A stretch of DNA of 64,000 bases from Leucoraja erinacea (lineage: Eukaryota), in the NCBI RefSeq assembly GCF_028641065.1, contig NC_073378.1, forward strand, positions 114,018,001-114,082,000, in the 5' to 3' direction. The position numbers and the translations under genes are program-made. How positions within the stretch are numbered: position 1 is the first letter of the stretch; the number at the start of each line of letters is the position of its first letter. Below the pieces are notes generated by a model. It searched no databases and was not told the DNA's origin. It saw only the letters and a list, made by a program, of their open reading frames with translations. Positions 50,051-62,689 of the stretch are shown here, piece by piece.

Positions 50051-51499
50051 AGACGTACTAGAAAGGCTAATATAGCATCTCCTGTGCCAACATGGAAAAA
50101 TATTGTAAAGAACCAGAGTGCTGGGAGTAACTGAAGAGAGAAACAGTGTATAAAGAATGGCTATATCATAAGGCTGAAGAGGGAAGAGAGATCTGCTTGA
50201 TGGTGGAACCATTTTAGAGTTGACAGAAATGGCAAATAGATGATCAGTTTAAAGTGGAGAATGCTGGGACAGAGGACGAGAACAAAGACTACCTTTACCA
50301 ATGGAGCATGAAGCATGAAAGCAGAAATGCAGAAAAAGGAACAGGGTTAAGTCAATGATGGTCACTGGTACTTATGCGGAAGTTGTAATCATTGGCGCAC
50401 ATCCAATAATACAAAATTGGGAGAATAGAAAATAGCCCTTTCAGGAAGCAAGGCTTAAAGATATGCAACCAAGGTTGTGTTGAGAATCTGCGGACCTACA
50501 GTGTATATTAATCAATAAAATGGAAGTGAAAACAGGATGGTCATGAAGGAAAAATAAAAGTTAGGTGGGCTCATGCAAAAAAGACTAAATCAAAGCAACT
50601 TTAATTAGTTCCAAAATGGACAAAATTCAAACAAAAGAGCGAGAATATAATAAAAACAGGTGAGAAAAACAAAACAAAGGGGTTCCACATATTCAGTGAA
50701 AAACTGGGATTAATAGATTCCCATGAGCAACACCTTCTTTCAAGGGAATAGAGTAAAAAGTTTTGTAATACGAGAACATGTTCAGTCAGGCAGAGAATAC
50801 AGGTGACAGATGGGACAGGTTTGGCCTCAAATCAAAAAAGGAGTATCTGGGGGTGGCATGATGAAAGATGAAGCAGTAGATAGATTGGGAAATGTAGTAA
50901 AACTTTGACAATTAGGACCACAAGAACATGAACCGATGAGGGCATCGGAAAAAGGGATTCAGGAAGAAAACACAGGAAGAAAAATAAAAGCCGAGTTACA
51001 AATATTTCCATGAAACAAGGACAGGCTAGATTGATTTTGGGAAGAAGTAGAATATGTAGGGTTGGAATTTGTGAATTTTCTTTCATGTTTTTTTCAGTCC
51101 AGCTTCAGAGTATGCCTGACATTATATTTGTTGTTGAGCCCATACTGACCTTGGATCTCCAGCAGTAATCCACCAAATCTTGGGAGATAACATCTTGCCT
51201 TCCAACAAGGCACATTACAATATCTCAAATTTAGTAAAAATAATTTCACAAAATTATCCTAATATTGCCATTTACCCCCACTTTTGACCGTTTGCAAGGT
51301 TCACATTTGTTTACCACCTATTTTTGGCTTGCACTCATTTAGCATTTATCTCTTCTACCTCCTTCCGACAGCATCCCCTTCCCTACTGTACTTTCCTCCA
51401 CCAATCCCTTTTCTTTCAACTTTGTTCTGTCACGGGTTCTGATGAAACATCAAATCCGAAATATTAACTCTTATTTCCTTCTTACAAGGGGGGTGGGTT

Positions 51500-51538
<39 letters not shown>

Positions 51539-51969
51539 GCAGAGAAGGGGGGAAAGAGTTGGGAAAGGTGAGGTACAAACATATTAGCCATCATATAGTC
51601 ATATTGCAAAATAGTTATTAGCCTGGAATTGGATGGAAGTAGAAAACAAGTGGAGAAACAAGGTCAAAAAAGTTCACTCGGTCTGAAGTCCAACTCCATC
51701 AAGTTTAGGAACAGCTATTTTCTTACACCCATCAGGTTCCTGAACTGATATGTACAACCCTAATCCTACTTGGCTAAAAAACACTACATACCATGCCTTG
51801 CTTTACCATGGACTTGTTTTCTAATTATGTTTTGCACTAATATTTTTTTCCACAACGTCTATCATTTCACTGATTGGCAGAATTTGTATACGATTTATGT
51901 ATAATCTTCATGTTTCTGAGTGTTGTCCAAGTCTATGTGCTTGAGATGCTGCTGCAGTCAAGATTTACT

Positions 51970-52545
51970 GCTTCATCTGGTTAGGCCTGATAAAGTAGCT
52001 CTTGGACAGAGGAAGCTGCAAAAAGGGGTGGATTTTGCCAGAACCATCACAGGTATTGACCTCCCCGCTATTGAAGGGATCTACAGGAAGTGCTGCCACA
52101 AGGAGGCAGCTAATATGAAAGACCACACCACCCTGGCCATGCTCTCCTCTCACTGCTACCAATTGGAAAGTGGTATACGAGCCCGAGCACCATGACCTCC
52201 AAAGTTCAAGAGCAGCTTCTACCCAGCAACCATCAGGCTATTGAACTACACGGCACAACCCTAAACACCACCCTGCCTCAGCAACAATCCACGATGGACT
52301 TTGTTTTTGTTATACTACGTAATTTGGTTTTGCACTGTTATGATCTGGTTGCCTTGTATTATTGATTATTAATTTATGGTATAATTGATTATTGTATATT
52401 TGTATTTTGTGTTATTTCACTAATGGGCATGTAAATCTGAAGCAAGAAAACATTTCATTATTCCGCTCCTGGCACATGACAATTAAACACTATTGACTCT
52501 TGAACATACTTGTGCATATGACAATAAACTCAACTCAACTTGACT
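51970..52545 (+). mobile_element. Rex1/Babar-type LINE 3' end
   Basis: ARTITGIDLPAIEGIYRKCC...; tails tgacaattaaacac and tgacaataaactcaactcaacttgactt. Confidence 0.75.
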
Positions 52546-52749
52546 TAGCAACTCCACTGGGTCATGATGGACTTCATTCCAGGGTCTTAAAAAAGAGGTG
52601 ATCAATGAAGAGTTGGTTCTAACCTGGGTCACTGACCTGAAACATTTGTTCGGTTTCTCTCACCATACATACCGCCCGATTAGTATTTCCAGCATTATGC
52701 TTTAATTTCACAGTTACTGCTTTGGTTTTAATTTTCAAAAAAACTCCTT

Positions 52750-53310
52750 ACATTTGGGGGAGGTTCTATTAGATTGAGTAAAGCAGTTATTACATTCTCT
52801 ATTTACCAAAATGGGAGGGACACCGAAAGCAGGAAACTACAGGCCAATTAACTCACCAGCTGTCATAAGAAAACTGTTGGAGGCTATTATTAAAGATGTT
52901 AAAGCAGACACTTAAAAGATATCCAAGGTAATCAGGCAACAACATGTTTTTTTTAAAGGTAGATCATTTATGAACAATTTAATGGCGTCCATTTAAGTAG
53001 TAACATGTACTGTAGAAAATGGGGAAATACTACATTTAGACTTTCAGAAAGAATTTAAAAAAAGGGGCAGCATCAAATGATGTTACAGAAATTGAAAGCT
53101 TATGGTGTAGCAGATAACATTTGTGCGGACAGACGATTGTTGGCTAACACAGAACTAAGTATGCAAAATGGATCTTTTAGCGGTTGGCAAGATGTATACA
53201 AGTAGTGTACTACAGGAATCGTTACTAAGTCTTCAAATTCTTACAATCTGATCGCTAAATTTGCTTATTACAAAGATAGGTAGGAAATAACACTGCAAAT
53301 ATGACAATAT
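52750..53310 (+). mobile_element. Highly degenerate CR1 RT fragment
   Basis: gcaggaaactacaggccaattaactcacc (GNYRPI), ttagactttcagaaag (LDFQK) and aaatttgcttat (KFA) motifs. Confidence 0.65.
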
Positions 53311-53711
53311 GTTTTGGGATTAATTTGGCAAGTGTTTGACCAACAGTCATAGATGTGCAGTACTAAACAATACAAACCAAACTGATGCATTCAGAACACC
53401 CGAAAGTGTTTACTGCATAAATTATATTAAAGCCAGCAAATGGCTTATTCAATTTGTACTGTGAGATAATTAATGAAAAGCAGAAATACAGCAAGAGCAC
53501 CCATAAAATACTTCCAAATCAACTGAATGAAAGAATTGAATGCCATATTAATAGTAAGCATTTCTGTCTGAACATGCAATGAAAAGGATCTTTACTCAAA
53601 ACCATAATGTGTGCTGTACCCCAAAGTACTGCAACAAACAGATTTTTTGAAACTACTAATATATTTATTGAGCTAATAGACATCCAGCATGGAAACTGGC
53701 TCTTCGACCTA

Positions 53712-55571
53712 CTGTGCCCTCCATAATGTTTGGGACAAAGACCCGTCATTTATTTATTTGCCTCTGTACTCCACAATTTGAGATTTGTAATAGAAAAAAA
53801 TCACATGTGGTTAATGTGCACATTGTCAGATTTTATTAAAGGGTATTTTTATACATTTTGGTTTCACCATGTAGAAATTACAGCTGTGTTTATACATAGA
53901 CCCCCCATTTCAGAGCACCATAATGTTCGGGACACATGGCTTCACAGGTGTTTGTAATTGCTCCGGTGTGTTTAAATGCCTCTTTAATGCAGGTATAAGA
54001 GAGCTTTCAGCACCTAGTCTTTCCACCAGTCTTTCCATCACCTTTGGACACTTTTATTGCTGTTTATCAACAGGTGGACCAAAGTTGTGCCAATGAAAGT
54101 CAAATAAGCCATTTTGAGACGGAGAAACAAGAATAAAACTGTTAGAGACATCAGCCAAACCTTAGGCTTACCAAGATCAACTGTTTGGAACATCGTTAAG
54201 AAGAAAGAGAGCACTGGTGAGCTTACTAATTGCAAAGGGCAGCAGGTGAAGGAAGACCTCCACAGCTGATGACAGAATTCTCTCTATAATAAAGAAAAAT
54301 CCCCAAACACCTGTCCGACCGATCAGAAACACTCTTCAGGAATCAGATATGGATTTGTCAATGACCACTGTCCGCAGAAGACTTCATGATCAGAAATACA
54401 GAGGCTACAATGCTAATGCAAACCACTGGTTAGCCGCAAAAATAGGATGGCCGGGTTACAGTTTGCCAAGAAGTACTTAAAAGAGCAACCACAGTTCTGG
54501 AAAAAGGTCTTGTGGACAGATGAGACGAAGATTAACTTATATCAGAGTGATGGCAAGAGCAAAGTCTGGAGGAGAGAAGGAACTGCCCAAGATCCAAAGC
54601 ATACCACCTCATCCGTGAAACACAGTGGTGGGGGTGTTATGGCCTGGGCATGTATGGCTGCTGTAGGTACTGGCTCACTTATCTTCATTGATGATACAAC
54701 TGCTGATGGTAGTAGCATAATGAATTCTGATGTGTATCGACACATCCTATATGCTCAAGTTCAAATAAATGCCTCAAATCTCATTGGCCGGCGGCTCATT
54801 CTACAGCAAGACAATGATCCCAAACACAATACACAATACAATTTATTTGTCACTTGAACCTCATAGACGCTCAAATGAAATGTTGTTTCTGCAGTCATAC
54901 ACACATGAAAAAAAAGACCCAAGACACAACACAATTTACACACACATCCATCACAGCGCATCTCCTCCTCGCTGTGATGGAAGGCAAAAAAACGTATCTC
55001 TCCCCTGCACTCCCCATCCCCCTCCCGATGTCAGAGTCAAACATACTGCTAAAGTAACAAAGGAGGATTTTCAAAGCTAAAAAATTGTAAATTCTTGTCA
55101 ATCACCCAATCTGAACCCAATTCAGCATGCCTTTTATATGCTGAAAAGAAAACTGAAGGGGATTTGTCCCCAAAACAAGCATAAGCTAAAGATGGCTGCA
55201 ATGCAGGCCTGGCAGAGCATCACCAGAGAAGACACCCAGCAACTGGTGATGTCCATGAATCGCAGACTTCAACCAGTCAATCCATGTAGAGGATATGCAA
55301 CAAAATACTACTTTCTACATAACTACTTTCAATTACATGACCGCTGTGTCCCAAACACTATGGTGCCCTGAAATGGGGGGACCATGTATAAACACTGCTG
55401 TAATTTCTACATGGTGAAACCAAAATGTATAAAAATAGCCTTTATTAAAATCTGACAATGTGCACTTTAACCACATGTGATTTTTTTTTCTATTACACAT
55501 CTCAAATTGTGGAGTACTGAGGCAAATAACTAAATGATGGATCTTTGTCCCAAACATTATGGTGGGCACTG
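53712..55571 (+). mobile_element. Tc1 transposon of a distinct family; decayed transposase at about 54069-55310
   Basis: TIRs of about 225 bp, C(T/A)GTGCCCTCCATAATGTTTGGGACAAAGA; TA on the left, TG on the right; FWKKVLWTDETKINL, VMAWACMAA and QQDNDPKH motifs. Confidence 0.93.
54827..55037 (-). mobile_element. 211-bp retroelement 3' end inserted in the Tc1 catalytic domain
   Basis: caaaca duplicated at 54821-54826 and 55038-55043; caatacacaatacaatttatt tail on the + strand. Confidence 0.8.
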
Positions 55572-55810
55572 TGACTCACACATGCCAACCAAAATGCTGC
55601 ATCTAAGATAGTTCCATCGACCTGCATTTGGCCCATATGTCTCTCTAAACCTTTCCTATCCATGTATCAGTCTAAATGTCTTTTAAATGCTGTTTATGGT
55701 ACCCGCCACAACTACCTCCTCTGGCAGCTCGTACCACGTACCCACCATCCTAGGAGTGAAAACGTTTCCTTTCGTCCCTATTAAATCTTGCCCCTCTCAC
55801 CTTAAACCTA

Positions 55811-57418
55811 TAGTGGCTTGCAAAAGTATTCATACCCCTTGAACTTTTCCACATTTTGTCATGTTACAACCACAAACGTAAATGTATTTTATTGGGATTT
55901 TATGCGATAGACCAACACAAAGTGGTGCATAATTGTGAAATGGAAGGAAAATGATACACGGTTTTCAAATTTTTTTACAAATAAAAAATTGAAAAGTGTG
56001 GCGTGCAAAAGTATTCAGCCCCCCTGAGTCAATACTTTGTAGAACCACCTTTCGCTGCAATTACAGCTGCAAGTCTTTTGGGGTATGTCTCTACCAGCTT
56101 TGCACATCTAGAGACTGAAATTTTTGCCCATTCTTCTTTGCAAAATAGCTCAAGCTCAGTCAAATTGGATGGAGAGCGTCTGTGAACAGCAATTTTCAAG
56201 TCTTGCCAGAGATTCTCAATTGGATTTAGGTCTGGACTTTGACTGGGCCATTCTAACACATGAATATGCTTTGATCTAAACCATTCCATTGTAGTTCTGG
56301 CTGTATGTTTAGGGTCGTTGTCCTGCTGAAAGGTGAACCTCCGCCCCAGTCTCAAGTCTTTTGCAGACTCTAACAGGTTTTCTTCCAAGATTGCCCTGTA
56401 TTTGGCTCCATCCATCTTCCCATAAACTCTGACCAACTTCCCTGTCCCTGCTGAAGAAAAGCATCCCCACAGCATGATGCTGCCACCACCATGTTTCACA
56501 GTGGGGATGGTGTGTTCAGGGTGATGTGCAGTGTTAGTTTTCCGCCACACATAGCTTTTTGCATTTAGGCCAAAAACTTCAATTTTGGTCTCATCTGACC
56601 AGAGCACCTTCCTCCACATGTTTGCTGTGTCCCCCACATGGCTTGTGGCAAACTGCAAACGGGGCTTCTTATGGCTTTTTTTCAACAATGGCTTTCTTCT
56701 TGCCACTCTTCCATAAAGGCCCGATTTGTGGAGTGCACGACTAATAGTTGTCCTGTAGACAGATTCTCCCACCTGAGCTGTGGATCTCTGCAGCTCCTCC
56801 AGAGTTACCATGGGCCTCTTGGCTGCTTCTCTGATCAATGCTCTCCTTGCCCGGCCTGTCAGTTTAGGTGGACTGCCATGTCTTGGTAGGTTTGCAGTGT
56901 GCCATACTCTTTCCATTTTCGGATGATGGATTGAACAGTGCTCCGTGAGATGTTCAAAGCTTCGGATATTTTTTTATAACCTAACCCTGCTTTAAACTTC
57001 TCCACAACTTTATCCCTGACCTGTCTGGTGTGTTCCTTGGGCTTCATGATGCTGTTTGTTCACTAATGTTCTCTAACAAACCTCTGAGGCCTTCACAGAA
57101 CAGCTGTATTTATACTGAGATTAGATTACACACAAGTGGACTCTATTTACTAATTAGGTGACTTCTGAAGGCAATTGGTTGCACTGGATTTTATTTAGGG
57201 GTATCAAAGTAAAGGGGGCTGAATACTTTTGCACACCCACACTTTACAGTTTTTTATTTGTAAAAAATTTGAAAACCATGTATCATTTTCCTTCCACTCA
57301 CAATCATGTGGCACTATGTGTTGGTCTAGCACATAAAATCCCAATAAAATACATTTATGTTTGTGGTTGTAACGTGACAAAATGTGGTTGTAACGTGACA
57401 AACTTTTGCAAGCCACTG
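55811..57418 (-). mobile_element. Passport-like Tc1 transposon, copy 2; transposase 56029-57047 is one base short of an intact 339-aa ORF
   Basis: TA TSDs; DD34E residues intact ([21 protein letters not shown]) and a GGSTKY end; single 1-bp deletion near 56898 relative to copy 1. Confidence 0.97.
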
Positions 57419-58039
57419 TATATCATCTGGTTCTTGATTTCTCTACACTGAGACTGTAATTGTTCATTTTATTTTCCAAATAAAGTTACGAGATCACACG
57501 AACCTTGGTCCTTTTCCTAACAATACTCAATTTTCCAGTCTTAGTTGAGTTGTACAGCATATTAACAGGTGCTTCGTCCCACTGCATCTATGCCAACAAT
57601 CATACCTATCTACATCAATCTCACTTCCCTGCATTAATTTTATATCGCTCTATGCTTTGCTTATTCATGTACTTTTCCAAATGTCTTAACCATTGTTACC
57701 ATTCTACCTCCGTCACTTCCTCTGGCAACTCATTCCAGTTTCCCCCCGTGAAATATTTACCTCTCAGATCCCATTTTGACCACCTCCCTCTTACCCACAC
57801 TATATATTTGCAGACAGACTGCCCTACAAAAACATTAATAGGATGTCAAAACAAATTTCTAATCATAGTTTGAGTTAGGAATGCAATTAAGAAGTTAATT
57901 TCAGCCCGACATAAACCACAATAATAAGGAAAATCAAGAAATACTCAACAGATCAGGCAGCAGCTCTAGAGATGGAAAATTAGGTAACATTTCAAGTTAG
58001 CAGTTTTTTGGTAGAAAGACCAGAAACATTAAGTCAATT

Positions 58040-59135
58040 TTCATTTCAAGAGTGTTTATTGCCAAATGTCCCAAAACGGAACAATGAAATTCTTACTCGC
58101 AGCAACACCACAGATAATGTAAACATAATACTCTGTAAAACACCAAATAAACAAAATTTAAAAACAAAAGCAATAATAGTACAAAGTCAAAAATAATACC
58201 CCCGAGTATGTAGCTTGGATCCTATTTGGAGGTTGTAGTGTTTAATAGCCTGGTGGTTGTAGGCAAGAAGCTGCTCCTGAACCTGGATGTTCCAGTTTAC
58301 AAGCTCCCATACCGTCTTCCCGATGACATGAATGACATGAATGTGTGGCCAGGGTGGAGTGGGTCTATGATAGTTCTTGCTGCCTTTTTTGAGGCAGCGA
58401 CTCTTGTAGATACCTTCGATGGTGGGGAGGTCAGTATCCGTGATAGACTGGGCAATATTCACCACTTTTTGTAATCTTTTTCATCCCTTTCCATTCAAGT
58501 TGGCAAACCAAGCCATGATGCAGTCAATATTCTCTCCACTGCACACCTGTACAAGTTTAAGAGTATTCGTTGACATACCAAATCTCCTCAATCTTCCCAG
58601 GAAGTGGAGGTGGGCTATCTTTATAATTGCATCAATGTGCTGGGTCCAGGATAGACCTTCAGAGGCATGCATTCCCATGAGTTTGAAGCTTTTGACTCCA
58701 CACTAGCGTCTCGTCAATGAAGACAGGTTTTTGGGTCCCTGTCCTTGCTCTTCCAATACCCACAATCAGTCCCTTGGTCTTATTGACATTAAGAGTGAGG
58801 TTGTTGGTCTGGCACCATTTATTCAGTTCATCGATCTCCCTCCTATATTCTGACTCATCGTCATCTGTAATTCGTCCAACAGTGATGATGTCGTCAGCGA
58901 ACTTCAAGATAGAGTTCGAACTGTGTCCGGCTACTTAGTTGTCAGTGATGATGTCGTCAGCGAGTCGAGCAGGGACTGAGCACACACCTTGGAGGTGCTT
59001 CATTGATGATGGTTTCATTGATCATGAACAGATTGTGGTCTGTTGATGAGTAAGGCGAAGATGGGATGAGCAGAAAACCAATTCTGTGAGCTTGGCAGCC
59101 AGCTTGGAGGGAATGAACGATGATGAACGCCACAA
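58040..59135 (-). mobile_element. Rex1/Babar-type LINE RT 3' portion
   Basis: APPRCVLSP, KFADDIITVGRITDDDESEYR, LSWTQHIDAI and DLPTIEGIYKSRCL in shifted frames. Confidence 0.88.
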
Positions 59136-60138
59136 ATTTGAACAGATTCTGCCACACCTTCCCAACATTTATTTCAGATTTCCAGCATCTATGACTATTT
59201 TGCATTTCTACATTAATTTGGAGGAAGTTTAAATAAAAGACAAAACTTTCCGTCTTAAATTTAAGAAGAATTTTCCGAATGGCAAGTGTAGATATTTCAG
59301 ACAGCTTCCACTCCAACTGCTTAAAAAACACTCAGCCAAATGTTTTGGTTTTGTGAGTGAATGCATTACTACAAATGAATGCATTTCTGGTACTAGTGAT
59401 GGCATAATTAGAACAATTTGAGTGGATGAAAAAAAATGCTGAAATTAGTCAACCGCTTTAAATATTATTTTTTGGATTATATGTAAGCACTGTACTAAAT
59501 GAGTGACAAGGGTGAAATTAGAGGATATTTACATAATGCTAAGTGCAAATATTACATATATCTTGGGGAAACAAATGATGAACACCTCATGCCTGGTAGA
59601 CAGTCAATGTTTACAGTGGTGGATGAAATATCAATAATCGGCTGTTTTGTCCAGGAGGGTGTTACGTTTGAGTGCTACTGGAGTTACACTTATCCTGGCA
59701 ATTGAAGTTCTTTCACATTTCTGGCTTGCACCTTCATCTGATAGAAAGTAATCTTAAACTGACCTATTAAAATAGTTAGTAGTCCACATACATTTGAATT
59801 CAGACAAGATTCAAAACCATGCCGATTTTAACATGCCGCAAAGAGAAAAGGCTTTGTAGCAGAAGATCATTGTATTTCCAAAAACAATAAAGATGTTGAG
59901 GGAGCATCAAATATATTATCCTAACCATGCCAGGCCATCTGTTCCATGAACCAAGTACACAAAGCAATTGGGTTTAAAATAAAAGTGTTCCTGAAAGCTG
60001 ATGCGTTTTAGGCATTAGCAAATCTCAAGATATCAGATGCAGATTTCGGAGAACCATCATACGGAGTACAGTAGCTGCTTGGTAACATCTGAACACAACC
60101 AATGCAACTTAATTTACAAATTTTCAAATAACACTTAC

Positions 60139-60299
60139 TTCTTTTTCTTCTGTAGAGGAGTTGTGCCATCTTTGCGAGGTCGGCCCCGTGGCCGTTTGTC
60201 ATTATTTACAGGGCTGCCAACAGGAACAGCCGCGAGGGCGACAGAAAGAGGTGGCGGTCCTAGGTCAGATGCCTCCACACTTTTGTCCTCTGATGACAT
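60139..60299 (-). CDS. KMT2C: KMT2C first coding exon, 161 coding bp: MSSEDKSVEASDLGPPPLSVALAAVPVGSPVNNDKRPRGRPRKDGTTPLQKKK(K), with AT-hook
   Basis: MSSE(E)DKSVE and DKRPRGRPRKDG are the recognisable KMT2C N-terminus; donor GAA|GTAAGT; phase 2 joins the exon at 15100 in frame. Confidence 0.96.
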
Positions 60300-61404
60300 T
60301 CTAAGGAGATGAAAGAATAAAATTTGGAATTAGAAAACAATGACTAACACTGAAAACTAAGCATCAAATCCAGTTGCTAAATCCCAAGTATCCGGAGATA
60401 TTTGTCTGACTATTTTAACCCAAATAAAATAGCACAGATCAAGTGTGGTTGCCTTTGACCAGCAACTGATTGAAACACGAACTGCTAACAAAACCATCTT
60501 TCTGTAACATAAGGAACTCTATTGGTTCACTTCAGAGATTGTGCACCACAACCATCAATGCAACATTTTAAATTCAGTCACTATTTTAGTTGTCAATCCC
60601 AGTAATATGCAGTATTTCTTATCCATCCAAAATATTTCACTTTTGAGCAATGGATTACCAGTGGATCTGTTAAAACAAGCAGTTGAGTCAGTTTGAAGTT
60701 CATGTGATTATAGAAGGTAGCTGATTAGTGAGTACTTTACAGAGACTTCAAGATGCTGTGGTGTATATGTATGTATGTATGATTTTAATCCTTGAGCCAA
60801 TGCTGTTTGTGACCAGAGAGGCCCAGGCTTTTGATACAATCATGATGAAATTGCCATGATGCTGTGCAAATTCAAGGAAAACAGTCACCTGCTTCTTCAC
60901 AACAGTGTGACCCATCTTTTTCTTAACGGTAAGCTTTTAGAGGAAGAACATGTTGCCAATGGCTGCGGGTAACACCCAAATTGCACAACCTCTACTCACA
61001 CATGTGATGGTACTTGAAGGAACAGATATCGGGTTCACTGGCAGCAGCACCATCTACCGTAGAATTATTCTACCATGGATAACATCAAGCTTCAGATTTT
61101 ATTGCAACAGCAACAATCAGACAAGTGGTTAATACAATCACAATGTTGAGTGGAGATTTTTAGATGATAGAAGATTTTTGGGTCAATGGGAAGAGAGTAA
61201 TTTGTCAAAGAATTTCCAGCCTTCATCTTTTTCTTTATCTAGATAATAGTTATTGTTTATGATCTCGCCCACCAATAATCATGGGAAGATTTCTTGGGCT
61301 ATATCATGTTTGGACAAGATGGTATATTTAAGACACACTCTATGTGATGCTTGCTGGAAGGGATGTAAACCGTGTTTTGATGTTCCTGATCCAGACTCAT
61401 AACT

Positions 61405-61724
61405 AGGGCGGCATGGCAACGCAGCTGGTAGAGCTACTGCCTCACAGCACCAGAGACATAGGTTTGATCGTGACCTTGTGAAAGCCTGTGTGGAGTTTGC
61501 AAATTCTCCCTGTGACTGTGTGGGTTTACGCCAGGTTTCCTCTCACACCCCAAAGACGTGCAGATTTGTGAGTTAATTGGCCTCTATAAATTGCCCCTGG
61601 GTGTGTAAGGAATAGATGTGAAAGTGGGGTAACCTAGAACTAGTGTGAACAGGTAACCAGTGGTCCAGTGTGGATTCAGTGGGCCCAAGGGCCTGATTCC
61701 GTGCTGTATAGCTAAACTAAACTA
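61405..61724 (+). mobile_element. tRNA-derived V-SINE with CR1 tail
   Basis: gggcggcatggcaacgcagctggtagagc...cctgtgtggagtttgcaaattctccctgtg...aagggcctgattccgtgctgtat...aaactaaact. Confidence 0.82.
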
Positions 61725-62689
61725 GCCATCGTTAACACTGCCTGAAGCCTGGAAAAAGCATCATAAAGCTGTTTAAAATCATTACAACTATTCTGAGAAA
61801 CAGCACCCAATACCTGCGATTTAAGGACAAACCCATTTGCCTGGTGGAAGGGTCATTTAGACATACCAATGCAAGAATACTTCATTGTTGACACTGCAGG
61901 AGGTAATCTTGGCCTCATCTATACTGGAGGACATCGCTCATCGAAAACCTCACAAGAGATGGAGGTTGTGACAACTTGCAAAATAGTAGATGACCCAAAG
62001 TGCAATTATGGCCATGGGAACCTGACCATGAAATATGTCCACCTGCCTATTAAGCTCGTTGAGAAGTCACCTCCGTAGTCCATTAACTGGATTGTCAGAC
62101 AAGGCGTTCAATTGAGAGGCTTTTTACATCATGCAGACAAGACATTCCTGAATGTGATGCCAGCTCCACAATTTCCTTTTTTACCCCAGGCAACATTGGG
62201 AAACCAATGGAAGGAATGGAGATCAAAATCTTCTGGGCTTAATCAGGAAGTTGCAATGAAATCTAGTTAACAAACGCAACTAACATGCATCAGCCAAATG
62301 TTTGTTTTAAATTGGTTGAATGATATGCACAGAATATCCACAGAAAACAGATATTAAATAGGTTAAAATATAATTAAATAATCATTAGCTGGCTTTAACA
62401 TCAGACATGGGTTGGGTCCAGCTTTAAAATCAATCAACTTCACATGTGGTCTAACATGTGAACAAACTTTTCAGGAGAATATTTAATTTTTTCCAGTGCT
62501 ATTACATTAAAGAATTAAGCATTATCGAGAATTAAATGCACAAATGATTTCAATTTATTCGATACATGAAATTTGAAAGACATGCACAATATTTTACATT
62601 TAATTAAAGTATTTTTCTTTTGCTTTAGAGGGTGTGGCATTTGTCAGTTATTAAACAACATTGCACGTATAGGTCATGAGAATTTTGAT

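Noticed and set aside
51501-51536. Long G/C homopolymers (also near 43957, 34816 and 63182)
   Set aside because: Most lie in retroelement UTRs and their lengths are unreliable in long-read assemblies; there is no independent sign of function.
57047-57075. KMT2C exon 1 spliced to Passport transposase (SETMAR-like fusion)
   Set aside because: An in-frame AG exists (aacaaacAG|C ATC ATG) but it has no polypyrimidine tract. The better-looking upstream AG leads to an immediate stop, and the ORF frameshifts near codon 51.
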